The notes under the pieces were generated by a model. The model was not told where the DNA came from and did not search any database. It saw nothing but the letters and a program-made list of their open reading frames with translations. Positions 52,661 through 63,769 of a stretch of 63,769 nt of DNA are shown piece after piece. Numbering within the stretch: position 1 is the first letter of the stretch; each line of letters opens with the position of its first letter. The position numbers and the translations under genes are program-made. Origin of the DNA: Lama guanicoe (taxonomy: Eukaryota); the NCBI GenBank assembly GCA_013239625.1, contig MU055753.1, forward strand, positions 6,764,821 to 6,828,589. Direction: 5' to 3'.

Positions 52661-52727
52661 CTATTTCGCATGAGCAATACCAAATTACTTGCAATTCACC
52701 CAATGTGCAATTCTCTCATGCCTCTGG

Positions 52728-53069
52728 GCAGAAATGGATCTGTTTCTTTGTAGGGCTGAAAGCTTATACAATTTTGGAAGCTCTCTTTAAGGAAATATTT
52801 TAAAATAATAAAAATGTAGGTATTAATATGAATACTTATTTCATATAATAAAAAGAAGGCAAATTACACATTAAAAGGCTGAAAAAAATCAGAAAGTTTT
52901 TTATCCAGAAAAAACAATACTATTTCTATCATTTTCTTTCTGACATCTATGAACATAATGTGATTTTCCTACTTTTTAAAAATTCATATTTATGGATCGC
53001 TTCTTCATATGCCCAAGATTTGGGGATGTCATTTTCCACAAGGAGAATGGAAAGATAATTCAGCTTTTC
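52728..53069. mobile_element. hAT-Tip100 element fragment (MER115/Zaphod-like)
   Basis: 'ggatctg...gggctgaaagcttatacaattttggaagctctctttaag...gatcgcttcttcatatg...gagaatggaaagataattcag'. Confidence 0.65.
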
Positions 53070-53077
53070 CTCAAGGG

Positions 53078-53285
53078 CAGAGGTTGGTAAACTGAAGCCA
53101 ACTTCTGTTTTTGTAAATAAAGTTTTATTGGAACACAGTCATGTCTGATTGTTCATGTCTATTGTCCATGGCTGTGTTCCTGCTACAAGGAGACAGAACT
53201 GAGTGCTTACAATAGAGAAAGTACGACTACAAAGTCTAAAATATCTACTGTCTGGCCCTTTTGTGTAAAAAGTGTGTCAACTCTG
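53078..53285 (+). mobile_element. MER58A hAT-Charlie MITE
   Basis: 'cagaggttggtaaact...tgtttttgtaaataaagttttattggaacacag...ctaaaatatctactgtctggccctt...caactctg'; 8-bp TSD ctcaaggg / ctctaggg. Confidence 0.88.
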
Positions 53286-53654
53286 CTCTAGGGCAGTGGT
53301 CTCTGAAGAGGAGCATTTAAGAAAGGTGCTCTGAGACTTAGTTTCATTGACTTCTCTTTACCTACTTTTCTGCCTCTGGGCTAGAAATATCCATCCATTC
53401 TAGGTTCCTCCTTTGAGATTTACCTCAGACGTGTCCTCCCACAGAAAGCATTCCCTGACCCCTCCCCCCCCAGCCCATACTCTGTGCTCCCACACTTCCA
53501 TTTAAACCCCCCTTCACTTTTTATCCCCCTTCATTTATAGGGAAAATCATTTCCCTAAGCTTTCCTCCAATTCAAAGTTGGGATGATGATAGTGCAGTTT
53601 GACCAGAATCAAGTATCCCAAAACTAAAAGGGTGCACACTGATTTGAAAAGGCT

Positions 53655-54150
53655 GACACATAGTGCTAGCTACCTACATTGTATCCATTCTTTTTTTCTT
53701 ACTTCCTGGCAGAATGTGATTTTATTCAGAGCATTGTGTCAAGTTCAAAGATTACATCTTTCAGTCTCATTTACGGTTCTGGTCAATGAGATACAAGTGG
53801 AAGTGTTGTGTGGGGTTTTGAAAAAGTATGCTACTAAGAACCACCTGGGCTTGGAGGTAGCTCCTTTTTCTGTCACCACCACCCTTTTTTCCTTTTGGCT
53901 TCGTTTAATATGGCTGCAACTCCAGTAGCCATCTTGGATTATGAAGACTTTGCAAATGGAAATCAGTGTTAAGGTTAGCAAAATAGAAATATAAAAGGGA
54001 CTCTGTGTCTAAGCAGATCCTGTGGAACCACCATAAAAATCCTGAACTATCTACCTTCAGAATACTCATATGTTAATAAATAACCAGTGTGTTCAAGCCA
54101 CTGTAAATGAATTGCTGCTCCTAGCAGCCAAATGCAACCCCTAAGTGGTA
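53655..54150 (+). mobile_element. MLT1 (H/I/J-like) solo LTR
   Basis: 'ttctggtcaatgagatacaagtggaagtg...ccagtagccatcttggattatgaag...ttcaagccactgt...gcagccaaatgca'. Confidence 0.8.
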
Positions 54151-54574
54151 TGGAAGACAGAATTCTTAAGTCATTTTTGTCAAATAGGGTGACAGGGTGA
54201 GTAACACTTTAGAACCACTGAACATACACTGGGGATTGTTCTTGGTAATTTTCATTTGGAAATTATAGAGTAGGACCTGGTAATCTGTATTCTAGAAATT
54301 ATTATGAAATACTATAAGGAAACAAATCTCACAGAAAATAAAGCATACATTCATGTGTTTACCACCAAGCTTAAAAATAAAACACATCATGTATAATTAA
54401 AGTCCCTTCTGTACCCCTCTCTGATATTATTGCACTTTTTCCCTCCCCATAGGCAGTAGCCTTTATCCTGAGTCTCATGTTTACTATATCATCTATGCTT
54501 ACATACTTTTACTAGAATATGTATGTTCATGTGTAATATATAGTATCATTTTGCATATTTAATACTATATGCAT

Positions 54575-55168
54575 ATTTTATTGAAATACAGTCAGTTACA
54601 ATGTGTCAGTTTCTGGTGTGCAGCACAATGTCCCAGTCATGCATATACATACATATATTTGTTTTCACATTCTTTTTCATTAAAAATTATTACAAGATAT
54701 TGAATATAGTTCCCTGTCACATACAGAAGAAAGTTGTTTTTTCAAATCTATTTTTATATGTAGTGGCTAACATTTTAAAATCTCAAACTCCCAAATTTAT
54801 CCCTTCCTACCCCCTTTCCCTAGTAACCATAAGATTGTTTACTATGTCTGTGAGTCTGTTTCTGTTTAGTACATGCATCTATAGTGTCTTTTTTTTTTTT
54901 AAGATTCCATATATGAGTGATATCATGGCATTTTTCTTTCTCTTTCTGGCTTACTTCATTTAGAATGATGATCTCTAGGTCCATCCATGTTGCTGCAAAC
55001 AGCATTACTTTATTCTTTTTAGGGATGAATAGTATTCCCTTGTATAAATATACCACAACTTCTTTATTCAGTCAGCCATCTGTTGATGGACATTTAGGTT
55101 GCTTCCATGTCTTGGCTTTTGTAAATAGTGCTGCTATGAACATTGGGGTGCATGTATCTTTTTGAATT
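54575..55168 (-). mobile_element. Young camelid-type L1 3' fragment inserted in an older L1ME-like element (~54300-55520)
   Basis: 'ttttattgaaatacagtcagttacaatgtg...gctatgaacattggggtgcatgtatctttttgaat'; flanking repeat tatatgcat(t)attt as TSD. Confidence 0.9.
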
Positions 55169-55573
55169 TATATGCATTATTTAACTCCACATTCTCTTTC
55201 ACAATTTTCTTTGATCTCTCAAGTATATATTTTGGGATGTAACCACTTTGATGAATGTAGTACCAGTTCCTTTGTTTTCTTTGCTGTATAATATTCTATT
55301 GTTTGCATTTATTGCAATTTATCTACTTTTTCATTAACATACATTTAAGATGTTTACAAATTTTTCACTTTTACAATGTTGCAGTGAACATTTTCAAACA
55401 TATCCCCTTGTTCAAATGCATGATAGTTTCTCTAGATTATATTCCAGGAAGTGGGATTATTGGGTCATAGAGAATGGTGAGTCTATATTATTTTCAGAAC
55501 TACTCAATTGATTCTAATGGGCAGGAAAATTAAAGAACTACTGAGCCTGTACCAACCCTGATCTACTGTACCT

Positions 55574-55730
55574 CAATGCTTCTCAAATTCAAATATGCAA
55601 ATGAATTTCCTGGGGATCTTGTTAAAATGCAGATTCCAATTCAATAAATCTGGAGTAGGGTGTGAGATTGTGGATTTCTAACAAGCACCCAGGTAACACT
55701 GATGCTGGTGCTCCATGGACCACACTTTGG
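55574..55730. mobile_element. MER5-family hAT MITE
   Basis: 'cttctcaaa...cctggggatcttgttaaaatgcagattcc...tttctaacaagcacccaggt...ctgatgctg...ggaccacactttg'. Confidence 0.88.
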
Positions 55731-57091
55731 CTATCAAGTTCTAGCAGAATAAAAATAAAAGCTCTTTCTTTCAGCAGAGTTTACTAGGCACTTACCATGG
55801 ACTAATTGGCAGAAGATGTGGGGAGGAATAAGAAGGGTAAATAAACATATCTTATTGTTGGAGATAGTCCCAGTTTTTGCCTGGCATTTCTGTGCCTCTG
55901 TTTGGGTGGCTAATATCATTGTTATCCCTAAATAAGGCACAGTTTCTGTATCAGTAGTTTTTTTAAAGGGAAACTCTCTACCCCATGGAAGAGCTTGGAC
56001 TTGAGAACTAGAGTCACCATCAGCATCTTTCTCAGGACAAAATTAGAAGCCCCAGATGTTATTCTCACCAGCATACCCCTGTCCACTCCAAATAGTCATG
56101 GAGCAAGAAGGAAATCTGGAATACTTAGCATTTCACAAATTTCCCTCTTTCAGAATTTTAAGATGTTATTGAATTGCTGGATTTTATACCAAATAAGAAC
56201 ACCACGTGGGGATACAAATGCAAAGCCCAAACAGAGGCAATGGTTATAGAGCCATGAAATGTCACTGAAGGCATAGTGAGATGGATTTTGAAGAAAACCA
56301 TTACGATTATGTTAAATGGTTCTAAGACCACAGACTTACCTCTAAAGCACTTGGCCCTGCTAAGGCTGTTTGCTTTGCACACCCCAAAATACAGGGTGAT
56401 TTTTCACTCTGAACCAACCCTTCTTTAACTTCAAGTAGTGCTTCTTTTAGCAAGATGGAAAGTGATTAGAGAACATGTGTGGAGGAAATCTCGAAGTCTT
56501 CGCTTTGAGTCCTTGGCTGCGAGAAAGTGGGATGTGTGTTCTCACTCTTGCAAGATGATGCTCATTGCCTTGCATGGAGGTGAAATAAGCAGTTGACTTG
56601 ATATCCAGTGTTGGAACTCATCTTCCATGAGCAATGTGGCCTCAGAAAAGTCAGTTGCTTTACTGAGCTCCCAATTCAATGGTACAGAAAATATTTTTTA
56701 GAACAGGAAGTCATTTTTCTGGAACAGATCTCAGAAAAACTGTTACAGATAAAGATTTATGCAGCTAGAAACACACACAAATTTCTCAATGTCACACAGC
56801 CAGTGTGGGTTTATAAAACTTTGACCACAAGTAGGAGTGTATATGAGATGCCAAACACATCTAGTTATGAAGATTGAACTTGTCATGACTGCATCTTAGC
56901 TTTTAAAGTTCCTTTTGGACTTTATCAACTTAGGAAAATGTTGAACATTATAACTGATAAAATGGGATTATCCATATGCACTAAATATTTGATAAGCATT
57001 AATCATTTTATTTTTCAAGTGGGCTGGATACAAATACCAAATTTCTATAAATGTGATAGCTCCCACGTACCTTTCTGTAATAATTATTGAC

Positions 57092-57376
57092 NNNNNNNNN
57101 NNNNNNNNNNNNNNNNNNNNNNNNNNNNNNNNNNNNNNNNNNNNNNNNNNNNNNNNNNNNNNNNNNNNNNNNNNNNNNNNNNNNNNNNNNNNNNNNNNNN
57201 NNNNNNNNNNNNNNNNNNNNNNNNNNNNNNNNNNNNNNNNNNNNNNNNNNNNNNNNNNNNNNNNNNNNNNNNNNNNNNNNNNNNNNNNNNNNNNNNNNNN
57301 NNNNNNNNNNNNNNNNNNNNNNNNNNNNNNNNNNNNNNNNNNNNNNNNNNNNNNNNNNNNNNNNNNNNNNNNNNNN
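57092..57376. other. Assembly gap (285 N)
   Basis: Run of N. Confidence 1.
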
Positions 57377-57476
57377 CGGAATTGTTCAATATGAGAATGG
57401 TTAGATACATTTCATTACCATGATAGGAAACAGGTCAGAAGCGGAAGCCAATAATTTTAAAAGTCTGGAGCACAGG

Positions 57477-57712
57477 NNNNNNNNNNNNNNNNNNNNNNNN
57501 NNNNNNNNNNNNNNNNNNNNNNNNNNNNNNNNNNNNNNNNNNNNNNNNNNNNNNNNNNNNNNNNNNNNNNNNNNNNNNNNNNNNNNNNNNNNNNNNNNNN
57601 NNNNNNNNNNNNNNNNNNNNNNNNNNNNNNNNNNNNNNNNNNNNNNNNNNNNNNNNNNNNNNNNNNNNNNNNNNNNNNNNNNNNNNNNNNNNNNNNNNNN
57701 NNNNNNNNNNNN
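57477..57712. other. Assembly gap (236 N)
   Basis: Run of N, at the left edge of the CpG island. Confidence 1.
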
Positions 57713-58310
57713 GTTTGGGGGCCGACCCACCCAGGCTGATCCGTGCGCTTCTCTGGAGCACGACGCCCGACCCCGGTGTGTGCAGAGGTCTGGCCGCGGC
57801 CTGTGGGTGGGGGCGGTGCCTGCCCGCCCCTCCCCAGCCCCGGAGCCGTCTCTTCACGCTGCTCCCAGGATGCAATGCGCCCCCCACTTCCGCTGCAGGA
57901 CTTGGCGGGAGACGCCCGGCGCACCGCCGCCCCGAGGTGCCCGGCTTCACCTCACGAGGCCGCGCCCACTGCGTCCTAAAGGGACGGCGCGGGCAGAGTA
58001 CATCCCGAAGGTGATCTCGCTGTGGCTGGGAGACGTGGGGCCCGAGGTCGGCCTCCACCCTCCTTCCCCACAGCGGAAGTTCAGGGGAGCAGCAGTGGAG
58101 GCCTCCCCGTGGGCCGTGGCAGGGACGTGCGCAGGCCGGTGAGCGGTTCCGGGGTGGTGACGAGCCGGGAGCCGGGAGATACGAGGGGGCTGGTGGGCTT
58201 GGGGGGCCCTCACTGTGCTCAGCCCTGCTCCTCAAAGGCCCAGTTCTCCCTGTGAGCTTGGCCTCCCTCCCGCAGGGCTGTGCCCGGAGCCTGTTGCACC
58301 TGCTGTGACG
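57713..58310. promoter_or_regulatory. CpG-island promoter
   Basis: Only strongly GC/CpG-rich block in the window; GC boxes ggggcgg (57810-57816) and cccgcccc (57823-57830); ETS-type motifs cacttccg (57885-57892) and cggaagt (58074-58080); no obvious TATA. Confidence 0.85.
57900..58138 (+). other. Putative non-coding first exon of an unidentified gene (start approximate)
   Basis: Lies in the CpG island and ends at donor CCG|GTGAGC (GT at 58139-58140), followed by G-triplet-rich intronic sequence. Confidence 0.5.
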
Positions 58311-59649
58311 CTTAGGCTCCTGGGGAGGAATTAAGGAGGCTGGTGATAAACAAAATCTTTACATATTGAGACGTAGGGAAGCCCTTCTGGCTTACATATG
58401 AGTTACCTTGAATTCTATGCCAGCTACAATAGCTTATTTGTGGTCTATCAAACCTGCACTGTACATCTGCTTTGGTTATTGAAGAAAAGGGCACATTGAC
58501 CAGAGATAAAGAATGAAGATTAAATGCCTCTCTTCCTGGGTTCCCAGTGCTCATCCTCCCTTGATGATTAGGCTCCCTTCCCAGGTGCCAAGGCGATACC
58601 GACTTCTTGTGTACGTGCTGGTCTTTTCTTTCTTTCTTTCTTTCTTTTTTTTTTTCTTCTTTCCTCTTGAAATCTTGAAGAAATGTATCTCTGACTTGTT
58701 AATGTGTTGTTGTTGTTGTTCTGACAAGATATAAACTGTGAAGCTGTGCTGAAAGCCATGCTTTTCTGGAGCAGCACCTCAGAGTGATCTGGAGAGTGGG
58801 CTGGTCCTCAAGTTTGTCTCAAGTAAAATTCTTTTCTATTGTTAAAAAAAAAATTTGGGCTGTCAGGTTTTTGGGTTTCTGTCAGGAAAAGTTTGGTGAT
58901 TATAGAGGAAAGGGACGAGGGCAGGGTGAATCTTCTACACTTTTCTCCAAAGTCTAAAAGAAGTCTGTGGAGTTGAAATTAGATAATTTGGCTCCACCTT
59001 CAAAATCAGTCAATTGGCATTTTTACCTACTTATTTCTTAACCAGATATGCCTTGGAGATGTCATTACAATGGGAAAAACTGGGACTCGATTATATTTTT
59101 TAGCATTTTTCCAGCTCTTACATGCTGTAATCTTGCCCCTAGTGACAAGTTGGATGTGAATCTAAAATGGTAGCTAAGATTGACTACAGAAAATAGAGGT
59201 TCACCTCAGCAGAACCTGCTTGATTAAATGCCTGAATATAGTTGATTGTTATTAAAGAAGAAGATAGTGATTAAAGAAGAAAGGCATGGTTTCCTGGAAT
59301 AATTGGAGGTTCTGAAGCCGCAGTGTCCGAAAACATGCTATAGCATCTCTCTCCAGGCTTGGTCAGACAACTCAGACACACCCCTTTTCTATTTGCCTCT
59401 CCAGAAATCAAAGTCTGCAGCTCTTTTGTGACCATATGCTAATTACTAGCCACTTGCTTCTAAAAGGTAAATCTCATCTTGTCACTGCGCTGTTCAAAAT
59501 CTTTCAGTGGTTTACCATCATGCTCAAGATAAAGTCTAAACTTTCAGATAAATTATCTCCTTATTACTTCAGACTTTGTCAGTACTCCCCCATCCTATAT
59601 ATGCTAAATATTCTAAACGTCTTTCATTCCTGCAAAATTGTGGCTTATT

Positions 59650-59757
59650 GGCTGAATGGATGGATGGATGGGTAAATGGATGAATAGATGAATAGATAGA
59701 TAAATGGATGGATGCAAGGATGATGGGATGAAATAGTGGGTGGGTAGATGGGTAAAT
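59650..59757. repeat. (GGAT/GATA)n simple repeat at the tail of an L2 fragment (~59440-59650)
   Basis: Direct reading; upstream 'aaatctcatcttgtcactgcgctgttcaaaatctttcagtggttt...aagataaagtctaaac' is L2-like. Confidence 0.8.
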
Positions 59758-60959
59758 AGCTCAGTTAATTAACTTTCCTTCTCATTCCTAGAAGTATTTA
59801 GCCCTAGCCCCTAAAATATCTTCCTTTGCTCTAGTTCTTCTCCATTCTACATCTCAGACATGTTAGTATGTCTGAATCATATTTACTTGCTGGATACTGA
59901 GGTGATTATGCCCTTTGGCAAACTTCAACCTCACTCATGGTTCTAACCTGTCATCTTGGTTTAAACTCTGGGGAGCTTTGAGGTCTTGGTGGTGGACACT
60001 ATTTTCCTTGATTCATATTACACTTAATTACCTCTCTCTGACAACCAGGCACTCCTATTTTCCTTGGAGTCAACTCTTACCACCTATCTCTTAGCTTAAG
60101 GAGGCTGCAGTTCTTGGCTCACATGTAGGACCAAGATGAGTGATAGGTTCTGATGAGTCAGTCAGTAGATTTTCAGTTTCTAACATGTGACTTTTCCCCA
60201 GTTTTGATGATGATCTCCAGGGTTAATTTCTTCTAAATCTCATCTTAGTTTTGCAATAATACAAGTGCCTCAAACAAAACAAAAAGTTAATAATTTTCAA
60301 AGCTATATAATGGATACAATGGATTTATTATTCTATCCCATTTGAATTTACTCTTTTATCTGGTTGCACTCTACATATTAAATTGAGCAAAGATGTGAAA
60401 CTCATGATACCTAAAATATGTGTGTGTGTGTATCAGTTATGGAAAGGAAGATATAATAGGCCCAATTATACTTCAATACAGAAATACTATCCAAAACACA
60501 ATTATTTTCGTTTCTATATACCCTGCTCCAGCCCAAGAACATAGACCCATATTTTTACAGAATAACATGAATATTGCCCAGGCCATTTTGTGTTCTGCTT
60601 TGTTCATTTCATAGTTGACCAAAAACATTTCCCATATTTCCACCCAGTTTTCATAATGATAACTTTTAATATCTGCAAAATATCCTATCATGTTGAGGGA
60701 ACATCAGTTAGTCCATCATTTCCTTATGAATAGACATTTTAAAAATTATTTCTATGTTTGTGTTACCATTGTTGTCATTGAAGGTAATGCTGCAAAAACT
60801 AATAAAAGATGTGAATATAGAAAGTCTGATTAAAAATTCTCATTGATGTTTCCCTTCCCAAAGAGTATTTGATTACCTCAGAGCTCATTATGTCCTTAGT
60901 TTCTATTTCATTTTCTTTTTTTCAATTTTCATACCTATTGGTTGCCTCTCTTCTTAATA

Positions 60960-62021
60960 TTTTTAATTGAAGTATAGTCAGTTTACAATGTTGTGTCAGT
61001 TTCTGGTGTACAGCATAATGTTTCAGTCATACATTTATGTATATATTCCTTTTCATGTTCTTTTTCATTTTACGTTACTATAAGATACTGAATATAGTTG
61101 CCTGTGCTATACAGTATAAACTTGTTTATCTATTTTTTATATAGTAGTTGGTATCTGCAAATCTTGAACTCCTATTTTATCCCTTCCCACCCCCTCTTCC
61201 CCTGGTAACCATGATTTGTATTCTATGTTTGTGAGTCTGTTTCTGTTTTGTAAATAAGTTCATTTGGGTCTTTTTTTTTTTTTAGATTTCACATATAAGT
61301 GATACCATATATTTTTCTTTCTCTTTCTGGCTTACTTCACTTAGAATGACGATTTCCGGGTCCATCCATGTTGCANNNNNNNNNNNNNNNNNNNNNNNNN
61401 NNNNNNNNNNNNNNNNNNNNNNNNNNNNNNNNNNNNNNNNNNNNNNNNNNNNNNNNNNNNNNNNNNNNNNNNNNNNNNNNNNNNNNNNNNNNNNNNNNNN
61501 NNNNNNNNNNNNNNNNNATTGGGGAGCATGTGTCTTTTTGAATTAGAATTTCCTCCAGATATATGCTCAGGAATAGAATTGCTGGATCATATGGTAAGTC
61601 CACTTTTAGTCTGTTGAGGAATCTCCATACTGTTTTCCATAATGGCTATACCAAAATACATTGCCACCAACAGTATTAGAAAGTTCTTTTTTCTCCACAG
61701 CCTCTCCAGCATTTATCATTTGTGGACTTTTGAATAATGGACATTCTGACTAGTTTGATGTGATACCTCACGTAGTTTTGATTTGCATTTCTCTGATAAT
61801 TAGTGATACTGAGCGTTTTTTCATGTGCCTATTGGCCGTTTGTATGTCTTCACTGGAGAATTGCTTGTTTAGGTCTTCTGCCCGTTTTTTGATTGGGTTG
61901 TTTGTTTTTGTTGTTGTTGTTGTTATTAAGTTGTATGAGCTGTTTGTATATTCTGCAAATTAAGCCCTTGTCAGTTGCATTATTTGCAAATATTTCCTCC
62001 CATTCTGTAGGTTGTGTTTTG
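60960..62021 (-). mobile_element. Young camelid-type L1 (~1.06 kb, 3'UTR plus ORF2 C-terminal region), intronic antisense
   Basis: 'tttaattgaagtatagtcagtttacaatgttgtg...'; the minus-strand ORF peptide '[30 protein letters not shown]' resembles the L1 ORF2p C-terminal region. Confidence 0.93.
61376..61517. other. Assembly gap (142 N)
   Basis: Run of N inside L1. Confidence 1.
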
Positions 62022-62084
62022 TAATCTTCCCCTTCTCTGGCTGTAATTTTAAGAAACATATGAAATTCTGTTTGCACAATACCA

Positions 62085-62240
62085 CAGATGTAAAGTCAAA
62101 CCAACCTGAATTCAAATGCTCCATCCATCACTTCATAGCCCTAAGAACACAGAGATGATTGACTGTCTCTAGCTCCTAGTATTCTCATTACCAAAGTGAG
62201 AAACCTTGGCAAAAACCTACATGATAGGTTTATTTTAGAG
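62085..62240 (+). mobile_element. MIR fragment
   Basis: 'aagtcaaaccaacctgaattcaaatgc...ccatcactt...ctctagctcctagtattctcat...cctacatgataggtt'. Confidence 0.55.
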
Positions 62241-63336
62241 CGAACTCCAAGGAAACTCTTGTTGTTACTCCTAAAATTTTTATTATTTTTTTTGTTTGAG
62301 GAGCTTTAAAAGTTTGGACTCAGGGTAGGATCAGGTCTGAAAATTGTAATAGAAAAAAGTAGTTTTTTGTTTGGTTTATTCATCTGCTTGTATTCTTCCC
62401 ACTTTCCATTTAAATAATTGCAGAGAGCACTGTGGTGACAGTAGACCGATTGTAGGGTGTCTTTGCCTAACTAGCCATAATATCTTTCTTTGAGATTTCT
62501 TTCCATGTTTTTACATAGTATTCTTAAAAAGTAAACTAAAATAAATGGCAACAGTTTGCCCCAAAGAATGGGTATTTCACATTGTTCCGCAAAAATGGTG
62601 ATTCATTGATATAGTTTTGAAGTTTTAACTATTGTAAATAAAATTGTAGTCAGTAACTTTGAGTATATAACATATCCTTCAAATCAGAATTATTTTCTTA
62701 GTATGAATTCCTGCATTTTGACTTACTATGTCAGACAATATAAGCATTTTAAACTTGATTCATTTTGAAATTATATTTTTCTAAAATATTGTACAATTTT
62801 TTTACCTGCTAATAAACCTTCTTAAGTTCCATAATGTGATACTATCTGAAAAAGAGTAGAAAGCTTCAAAGAAACAAACTTAGCTAGTTTAACAATACAA
62901 GATTCATATTCTGGGAAATATCATACATGTTTCCTTGAACATTTTGTTTCAGACTATGTTTATATATATATATAATGACCAAATAAATACTGTTTTCATA
63001 GTAAAAATACTATTGTTTACACAACATAAAAGGAAAGACATAACCTGGTAAGTGATATTGTAAAAGGGAAAAAATGAAAAAGACATTTACTTTGCTAAAA
63101 ACTCCATGGATTTGGGCTAAAATACAATGCATCTTGATCAAGTTCAGTATAATTTTGTGTCTCAGAAATGTCAACCAGAGAGTTGATTGCTTAAAATGAT
63201 GTTCTGTGTTTAAACATTTTGATACATGAAAATGTTTGCTTGTGGTTGTTATTAAGAAATAGTGGTTTTCCTTTGCTCTTATTGATGAAGTTTTTCTAGA
63301 CCACCATGTCAAAGTGTGGGATTGTCTAAGATTAGC

Positions 63337-63410
63337 ACTCACCCTAATTTTCTCTCTCTCTCTCCCTCTCCCTCCCTCTCCCTCTTTCTTTCTCTCTGTC
63401 TCTCACCCAG
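63337..63410 (+). promoter_or_regulatory. Strong 3' splice site: branch point, ~55-nt polypyrimidine tract, CAG
   Basis: 'actcaccctaat' (YTNAY at 63344-63348), then an almost pure C/T tract with no AG, then 'cacccag|G' (AG at 63409-63410). Confidence 0.7.
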
Positions 63411-63769
63411 GCAGCAGATCACTCGTGTTCCATCAAATGCTCACCTTGGCTAATGAGTAGTTAATGGGTTTTGGCATCATTGAAGGCACAAGCACAGACA
63501 GGGTTGTTGGATCGCAGAATGGCCTGATGTACTGTAATTGTGCATATGGGATCCTCAAAACCAGCCCTTGAGCCATTTCCTACTTTCCTCAATAGTTTCC
63601 TGAAGCATAGAGTGTTTAGAAATACAGCTCTATTTTAAAACCTCCAATTCACTGCTTTATCTGGCTGCATCCTCTCCTCTTGGAATTGATAACATGTTGA
63701 CTCAAAGTCATAATGGTAACTTCCTCATGAACATCTGATGTTGTGAAATTAAAAAAGACGAGAACTCCC
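63411..63769 (+). other. Putative exon 2 (non-coding/5'UTR) of the CpG-island gene; 3' end not determined
   Basis: Follows the strong acceptor; no recognisable repeat; all three frames hit stops within ~55 nt; several short AUG-initiated ORFs. Confidence 0.5.

Noticed and set aside
54820-55165. ORFs with 'AATWMDLEIIILNEVSQ'-type peptides (similar at 2327, 14708 and 26265)
   Set aside because: These are the decayed L1 ORF2 C-terminus, not host genes
57420-58255. 240-aa and 266-aa Pro/Arg/Gly/Ala-rich ORFs
   Set aside because: They span an N gap and reflect stop-codon scarcity in a GC-rich island; open on both strands with no domain
1-63769. A novel multi-gene system (operon, CRISPR array, defence island, viral insert)
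   Set aside because: The sequence is CpG-depleted mammalian DNA dominated by known repeat classes; there are no long ORFs, no regularly spaced repeat-spacer array and no recognisable viral coding region

Overview
Mammalian nuclear DNA, most likely from a camelid (alpaca or camel). This rests on two tRNA-derived SINEs of the camelid Vic-1 type, a Tigger1a_Art-like MITE and artiodactyl-type L1 3' ends; I saw no Alu, B1, CAN, PRE-1 or Bov-type SINEs. About the first 57 kb is gene-poor, repeat-rich intergenic or intronic sequence: MIR, L2, old L1M/L1ME, young L1 3' fragments with target-site duplications (TSDs), MLT1/ERVL solo LTRs, hAT and Tigger MITEs, and microsatellites. A CpG-island promoter, partly hidden by assembly gaps, lies at ~57.7-58.3 kb. 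It has a + strand splice donor at 58139, and a very strong 3' splice site at 63410 opens a non-coding, uAUG-rich exon that runs toward the window end. This looks like the 5' end of an unidentified + strand gene whose CDS lies outside the window. No ORF in the six-frame track is a credible protein-coding gene; they come from repeats, microsatellites, N-gaps, the GC-rich island or chance. I found no evidence for a novel biological system. The best second-look items are the promoter/5'UTR architecture, a 5'-inverted (twin-primed) L1, a rearranged SINE, a few candidate exons and enhancers, and a probable assembly-artefact duplication. Repeat family names are from recalled consensus similarity, not a database search, and boundaries of old repeats are approximate.
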